Shown here in pieces: positions 25,789 to 30,687 of a DNA stretch of 30,687 bases. Origin of the DNA: a virus (Duplodnaviria > Caudoviricetes); IMG/VR virus record IMGVR_UViG_3300020543_000021, positions 1 to 30,687 of that record; one strand, written 5' to 3'. Both the position numbers and the translations under genes were made by a program. Under the pieces are notes generated by a model. The model worked only from the letters and a program-made list of their open reading frames with translations. It made no database searches and had not been told where the DNA came from. Position 1 is the first letter of the stretch; each line of letters begins with the position of its first letter.

Positions 25789-26617
25789 GATCATCAAAGC
25801 CGACGAGCGCATGAAGCGCACAAACGATTGCGTGAAGGCAGTCATCTTTGGGCCAGCCGGTGTTGGTAAGACCTACCAAGCCCGCACGCTTGACCCAAAG
25901 TCCACACTGTTCGTTGACCTTGAGGCCGGTACGCTGGCGCTTGGCAAAGACTGGAAGGGTGATGTTCTTGACATCCGCTCGACCGCGAACGACATGGGTG
26001 CCCATCCGTGGGAGCTGGCACGCGCCATAGCTCTCTGGCTCGGCGGGCCTGACCCAGCAGACCAAGGCGCATATTCCCGCGCCTCATACGAAGACGTGTG
26101 CAAGGCATTTGGAGACCCAGCCGGTCACGCGCAGTACACGACGCTGTTCGTTGACAGCATCACGGTGGCAAGCCGCATGTGCTTTCAGTGGTGCCAGCTT
26201 CAACCCGAAGCCTTCAGCGATAAGACCGGCAAGCCGGATACCCGCGGAGCCTACGGGCTTCTTGGGCGCGAGATGATTCGGTGGGTGACCCAGCTTCAGC
26301 ACACGCCGAAGAACGTCATCTTGGTTGGCATCCTTGAGCAGCAGGAGGACGAGCTCAAGCGCAAGCATTGGGAGCCGCAGATTGAGGGAGCAAAGACCGG
26401 CAGGGAACTGCCAGGCATCTTTGACCTTGTGATGACGCTCCAGAACTTTGAGGCAGAGGACAAGACGCAATACCGCGCCTTTGTGACTCAGCAGCAAAAC
26501 CCGTGGGGGTACCCCGCAAAAGACCGCTCAGGCACGCTTGAGCTTCAGGAACCGGCGAATCTTGGCAAGGTGCTCGAGAAGATTCGTGCGGGTAAACGCA
26601 TCGACACCAGCAAGTAA
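25781..26617 (+). CDS. AAA-family (AAA_24 / Sak4-like) ATPase, putative recombinase
   Basis: Walker A GPAGVGKT, LFVDLEAG, Walker B LFVDSIT, C-terminal AKDRSG; start re-called to ATG 25781. Confidence 0.88.
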   Translation: MLKIIKADERMKRTNDCVKAVIFGPAGVGKTYQARTLDPKSTLFVDLEAGTLALGKDWKGDVLDIRSTANDMGAHPWELARAIALWLGGPDPADQGAYSRASYEDVCKAFGDPAGHAQYTTLFVDSITVASRMCFQWCQLQPEAFSDKTGKPDTRGAYGLLGREMIRWVTQLQHTPKNVILVGILEQQEDELKRKHWEPQIEGAKTGRELPGIFDLVMTLQNFEAEDKTQYRAFVTQQQNPWGYPAKDRSGTLELQEPANLGKVLEKIRAGKRIDTSK

Positions 26618-26638
26618 ACTAAATCAAATCAGACCATT

Positions 26639-27217
26639 ATGTTCAGTTCAACATCAGGAAACGTAGGAAATAACGCAGGAAGTCTCATCCCAAAAGGTAC
26701 GCTCGCAGAGTGCAAGTTTGTCATCAGGGACACCAAGAACAGCCAATCGACAGGAGGTATGTACCTTGACGTTGAGCTTGTGATCCAGAGCGGCGACTTT
26801 GCAAACCGCCGCGTGTTCACGAAGATTGCGGATCCATTCGACCAGCGCAACTCGGAGAAGTGGCGCGAGATGGGTCAGAGTGCTCTAGCTCGGATCGCTG
26901 AGAGTGCCGGTGTTTTCCAAGTTGGAAACGACGAGTCCTACGCGCAGTTCAACTCGGATGAGAACGTGCTTCGCATGGCGGAAGCTCTGCAAGGCGCAAC
27001 CGTCCGAATCAAGGTCGGCGTGGAGAAAGGCACGGACGGACACGGTGACAAAAACTCAGTGGCAGATTGGGGGTCACCAAACCCAGACAGCAATGGTCAC
27101 CGGACGTGGTCAGCTTTCGACGCGGCACCAGCTGCACCGAAGTCTGCGTTCGCACCGAAGGCTGCAGCAGCAGCTCCAGCCAAGGCTTCTGGAACCAAAC
27201 CTGCTTGGATAAAGTAG
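26639..27217 (+). CDS. ssDNA-binding protein, DUF669-like
   Basis: LIPKGT...YLDVE.VI..G.FANRRVF, flexible A/P tail ending KPAWIK; adjacent to the Sak4-like ATPase. Confidence 0.75.
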   Translation: MFSSTSGNVGNNAGSLIPKGTLAECKFVIRDTKNSQSTGGMYLDVELVIQSGDFANRRVFTKIADPFDQRNSEKWREMGQSALARIAESAGVFQVGNDESYAQFNSDENVLRMAEALQGATVRIKVGVEKGTDGHGDKNSVADWGSPNPDSNGHRTWSAFDAAPAAPKSAFAPKAAAAAPAKASGTKPAWIK

Positions 27218-27231
27218 TCTAGGTGTGTGTG

Positions 27232-27269
27232 AAAAGGTCAGTCGTGGTTGTTGCGGCTGGCCTTTTTTT
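27232..27269 (+). terminator. Rho-independent terminator after the SSB-like gene
   Basis: AAAAGGTCAGTCGTGG-TTG-TTGCGGCTGGCC-TTTTTTT; the stem has several G-U pairs, so it folds well only as + strand RNA. Confidence 0.75.
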
Positions 27270-27271
27270 GT

Positions 27272-27338
27272 GCTCAAATGCGTCGGGGTTTTAGGGGCAT
27301 GGTGCCGGAGGAGACCTTCGGACGGGCTGCATTTGAGC
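27272..27338 (+). other. Structured intergenic element closed by a perfect 10-bp inverted repeat
   Basis: GCTCAAATGC (27272-27281) pairs with GCATTTGAGC (27329-27338), enclosing an inner hairpin CCGGAGG-AGA-CCTTCGG. Confidence 0.55.
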
Positions 27339-27369
27339 CTAGTGAAACAAACCCAATAAACTAAATCAG

Positions 27370-29007
27370 ATGATTCTAAGACCTCGCCAAGAGGCATTTG
27401 TGTCGTCCTGCGTTGACGCACTCAAACGATGCGGAAACACGCTCGGCATCGCTCCAACTGGAGCAGGTAAGACCGTGATGGGCGCAGCCATCATGGAGCC
27501 GTTCATGGATAAGGGACAAGTCCTCGTGCTTCAGCATAGGGATGAGCTTGTGGAGCAGAACCGTGGAACTTTCAAGCGGTACATGCCGAAGTGCAGCACT
27601 GACATCTTCAACGCCGAACGTAAGTCGTGGTCGAAAGGTGCTACCTTCGCGATGGTGCAGACGCTTATGCGCGAGCAGAACCTTGCGACGATGCCAAGCG
27701 GCATGCGTGCAATCTTTGTTGATGAGTGTCACCATGTGGCGGCTGAGAGCTATGGGCGCATTCTCGGCGAGTTTCGGCGCCGTTCGCCGGATGGCGTGCT
27801 CCTTGGACTGACCGCAACACCGGAGCGAGGCGACAAAAAGTCCCTGACTGCGTTCTTCGACAACATCGGCGACAAAATCTCCATCGGCGAACTCATCGGT
27901 GCGGGAAACCTCGTGAAACCTAGGGCGTTCACCATGGACATCGGCCTTGGTGACCAGCTCTCAAAGGTGGAGACCATCGGCAACGAGTACAACATGTCGC
28001 AGGTCGAAGCCATCATGGACAAGCGTGCCGTAAACGCTGAGATTGTTCGGCATTGGAAGGAGAAGGCTTCAGACCGGTCAACCGTCGCGTTCTGCTCAAC
28101 AATTGCGCATGCGGAACATTTGCGCGACGCGTTCCGCGAGCAAAAAGTCAGCGCCGAAGTCGTCCACAGCGAGCTAACTGACACAGAGAACCAGAGCATC
28201 CTGAAGCGGTTTGACGTTGGAAAGATTCAGGTTCTGCTAAACGTTGCCAAACTCACGGAGGGATGGGACTGCCAACGTGTAGGGTGCGTGGTTCTGGTGC
28301 GTCCGTGTTCGCAGAAGAGCACCATGATCCAGATGATTGGCCGCGGACTGCGTCCCTGCATCGATGCGCGCCGCTACCCCAACGTCACAAAGAGCGACTG
28401 CATCGTTCTCGACTTTGGAACCTCGCTGCTAACGCATGGCGACATTGAGGCCGGTGAACGCATCTTTCAGAAGGAGCGCGAGAAAGGCGAGGCGCCCGAA
28501 AAGAAGTGCCCAGAGTGCGGCATCCGCATGCACGCGTGCATCATGGTTTGTCCAGTGTGCGGCTACAACTTCCCGCCGCCAGTCGGATCCACCGAGGCGC
28601 TTGAGTACTTCGAGATGACCGAGATGCAAATCATCGAAATGTCACCGTTCCGCTGGGAGAACTTCTTCGAGGGCGCGGTATCGATTGCTAACGGGCTTGT
28701 GGCGTGGGCCGGAGTCATCTGCTTTGGCAACATGTACTACTCGCTTGGCGGGCAGAACGGGCCGGTCACACTCATCACTCGCACCCAGAGTAAGGAGATT
28801 GCTTTGGCTCAGGCGGACGATTACTTGCGTCAGCACGGTGACCGCACCAACAGCAGGAAAACACGGTCTTGGCTCAAGCTGCCTCCTACGGACTCGCAGA
28901 AGCAGCACCTTGGTGCGACCATGTTCGGCATGTCGCGGTATAGGGCAAGCTGCTCACTGACGTGGAAGTTCAACGAGTCGAAGATAAAAAAGGCAATCCT
29001 TGGCTAA
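27370..29007 (+). CDS. SF2 DExH helicase with C-terminal zinc ribbon (RadD/YejH-like)
   Basis: LRPRQ, APTGAGKT, VDECHH, GLTATPER, LTEGWD, QMIGRGLR, CPECG...CPVCG. Confidence 0.93.
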   Translation: MILRPRQEAFVSSCVDALKRCGNTLGIAPTGAGKTVMGAAIMEPFMDKGQVLVLQHRDELVEQNRGTFKRYMPKCSTDIFNAERKSWSKGATFAMVQTLMREQNLATMPSGMRAIFVDECHHVAAESYGRILGEFRRRSPDGVLLGLTATPERGDKKSLTAFFDNIGDKISIGELIGAGNLVKPRAFTMDIGLGDQLSKVETIGNEYNMSQVEAIMDKRAVNAEIVRHWKEKASDRSTVAFCSTIAHAEHLRDAFREQKVSAEVVHSELTDTENQSILKRFDVGKIQVLLNVAKLTEGWDCQRVGCVVLVRPCSQKSTMIQMIGRGLRPCIDARRYPNVTKSDCIVLDFGTSLLTHGDIEAGERIFQKEREKGEAPEKKCPECGIRMHACIMVCPVCGYNFPPPVGSTEALEYFEMTEMQIIEMSPFRWENFFEGAVSIANGLVAWAGVICFGNMYYSLGGQNGPVTLITRTQSKEIALAQADDYLRQHGDRTNSRKTRSWLKLPPTDSQKQHLGATMFGMSRYRASCSLTWKFNESKIKKAILG

Positions 29008-29012
29008 AGACG

Positions 29013-29300
29013 ATGGTAACAGTCACCGAAAACACAGGCATGGAAGCGTTATATGAAGAAATCGTCGTGCCTGAACTCATCAAGCAAAACATCATGCAAG
29101 CAAAACAGATAGACAATCTCATTCAAAAGGGAATCGAACTCAGAAGCCAGTTGGACAGGGCGATGGAAACGCTGGAGCTTTTAGAGCACAGGCTGCGTCA
29201 ACGCATAATGAACGACGAAGGCGCAATGCCAGGAGACCGCTCGGCTCTTCTCATGGCCGATATGATTAAAGCGGAGGTGTACAATGCACACATCAAATGA
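29013..29300 (+). CDS. Hypothetical coiled-coil protein
   Basis: In-frame ATG 5 nt after the helicase stop; overlaps the next gene. Confidence 0.65.
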   Translation: MVTVTENTGMEALYEEIVVPELIKQNIMQAKQIDNLIQKGIELRSQLDRAMETLELLEHRLRQRIMNDEGAMPGDRSALLMADMIKAEVYNAHIK

Positions 29301-29475
29301 GCATCCTAAGCAAACGGACTGGAAGCACCTCCTCCATGACTTTGTCCAGTGCTGGCGTGTCGTTGAGTCTATCCGACAGGATATCAATTCTGATGTTGTT
29401 GACCGCCTTCGGCTGCATTGCGTTAACCGTATGTCGGAGATTGCCAACAAAATCGAAGCAGAAATGAGCAAATGA
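29284..29475 (+). CDS. Hypothetical protein (63 aa)
   Basis: ATGA overlap with the nuclease gene. Confidence 0.6.
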   Translation: MHTSNEHPKQTDWKHLLHDFVQCWRVVESIRQDINSDVVDRLRLHCVNRMSEIANKIEAEMSK

Positions 29476-30263
29476 GCATCTTCAAGCCAACGAAAAAGAA
29501 AGAGTTCGGCTCACCGTCCATCCAGTCAGCTATTGCGTCCCTTGTGGACGAAGCCAAGCTGCTTGAGAACAAGCGCCAGAAGGCAAGGGATTATCTCGGC
29601 GCTTCACGGTGGGGAGAAGAGTGCCTGCGCCGATTGCGCTACGAGTTTGAGCACGTCCCTGTAGACCAAGGCTCAGGCTTCCGGCCTGACACGCTCCGCA
29701 TCTTTGATATGGGGCATGACGGAGAAGCGCGGGCAGCACGGTACCTGCAATCCGCAGGGTTCAAGCTCGACACCGTAAAGCCTGATGGCTCGCAGTTCGG
29801 GTTTCGCGCTGCAGAGGGAAAGCTGGGCGGACACTGTGACGGCATCATTGTTGGCGGGCCTGAGCTTGGGATTGCTTACCCGCTCTTGTGGGAGAACAAG
29901 GCGCTCAACGATAAAAGCTGGAACGACACCAAGAACAAGGGGGTGCGCGAGTCAAAGCCGGTGTATTTCGCCCAGCTGCAGGTGTACATGGGTTACTTCG
30001 AGCTTGAGAACTCGCTCTTCACTGCAATCAACCGTGACACAGGCGAGATGCTTTATGAGGTTGTCCCGCTCGATGCCAAGGCAGCGCAGGAAGCGAGCGA
30101 CCGCGCTTTGCGTGTTGTGACCGCTGACGCTCCAGAGGATTTTGCAAGAATCGGGCGCGAGAAGTCGGACTTCCGGTGCAAGTGGTGTCCGTACAACGGC
30201 ACCTGCTGGGAGGAGAAACAAGTAGCCATGCCCACATCCAGTCCGTCTTGGCTTAAGAGGTAA
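29472..30263 (+). CDS. PD-(D/E)XK Cas4-like exonuclease
   Basis: YLGAS.WG..C, GHCDG, WENK, Y.AQLQVYM, and C-terminal CKWCPY...C (1+3 Cys pattern of Fe-S Cas4/AddB nucleases). Confidence 0.88.
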   Translation: MSIFKPTKKKEFGSPSIQSAIASLVDEAKLLENKRQKARDYLGASRWGEECLRRLRYEFEHVPVDQGSGFRPDTLRIFDMGHDGEARAARYLQSAGFKLDTVKPDGSQFGFRAAEGKLGGHCDGIIVGGPELGIAYPLLWENKALNDKSWNDTKNKGVRESKPVYFAQLQVYMGYFELENSLFTAINRDTGEMLYEVVPLDAKAAQEASDRALRVVTADAPEDFARIGREKSDFRCKWCPYNGTCWEEKQVAMPTSSPSWLKR

Positions 30264-30269
30264 CGCGCC

Positions 30270-30687
30270 ATGCAACAACATACAGACCGTGCCGGTCTGG
30301 TTGACCACAACCAGATCGACCAACACCTCTCTCTCGTCTTTGGTGACGTACAGTGGCAGCAGAACCAGTTCATCTGCATTCGCGGCATCGGCGAAAAGGG
30401 TACCGAGCAGGAGGGCGTCTTCCGCGAAGACATCTTTGTTCAGCCAGCTGTCGAAGGCTTCGACGTTGTCCACGAAGCAGCCGAGCGATGGGCGCAGTAC
30501 AACGTGGCTACGTTTGTCGTCCCAGGCATCCTGAACGACACGCGTGCAACCGCAGCGAACGTGAAGGAGATGACGACGCTTGTGGCTGACATCGACACCG
30601 GCGACACCAACCAGAAACTTGAGTGGCTGCGCTCGGAGATTGGCGAGCCGTCCCTTGTTGTGGCTAGCGGCGGAACCACCGAGGAGT
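30270..30687 (+). CDS. RepB-like/AEP primase, 5' part (truncated by the window end; not in the ORF track)
   Basis: Open from ATG 30270 to the end: ...NVKEMTTLVADIDTGD...IGEPSLVVASGG, matching the DxD and P..vv.Sgg motifs of RepB-type primases. Confidence 0.78.
   Translation, partial: MQQHTDRAGLVDHNQIDQHLSLVFGDVQWQQNQFICIRGIGEKGTEQEGVFREDIFVQPAVEGFDVVHEAAERWAQYNVATFVVPGILNDTRATAANVKEMTTLVADIDTGDTNQKLEWLRSEIGEPSLVVASGGTTEE

Noticed and set aside
29472-30263. Cas4-like gene as evidence of a CRISPR-Cas system
   Set aside because: A solo Cas4-like nuclease in a helicase-primase module is a standard phage replication/recombination arrangement; no array is seen.

Overview
The window is about 30.7 kb of a tailed dsDNA phage genome with a P22/Sf6-like short-tail morphogenesis gene order, and no host-type genes are visible. 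From left to right it holds five modules. (1) A minus-strand operon of seven small, probably early, genes (22-2149) separated by a repeated C/A-rich spacer. It includes a truncated DNA polymerase III beta-clamp-like protein. (2) Packaging and head genes: small and large terminase, portal, scaffold and P22-type coat. (3) Tail genes: gp4-like adaptor, an accessory block with a tail fibre and small basic proteins, gp10-like hub, needle-like protein, GNAT protein, three ejection proteins and a P22-type tailspike. (4) Lysis genes: two small membrane proteins and a pesticin/GH24-like endolysin. (5) A Cro-like regulator followed by a replication/recombination module (AAA ATPase, SSB-like protein, SF2 helicase, Cas4-like nuclease, and a RepB-type primase cut off by the window end). 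Several real genes under 60 aa are missing from the supplied ORF track and were read directly from the sequence. Most genes lack a Shine-Dalgarno sequence. The most notable items are the pocket-only beta-clamp homologue, the cassette-like early array, a 17-bp operator shared by two control regions 23 kb apart, structured intergenic elements, and a strong G-over-C skew around the packaging region. All family calls come from motif recognition and synteny; no database search was run.
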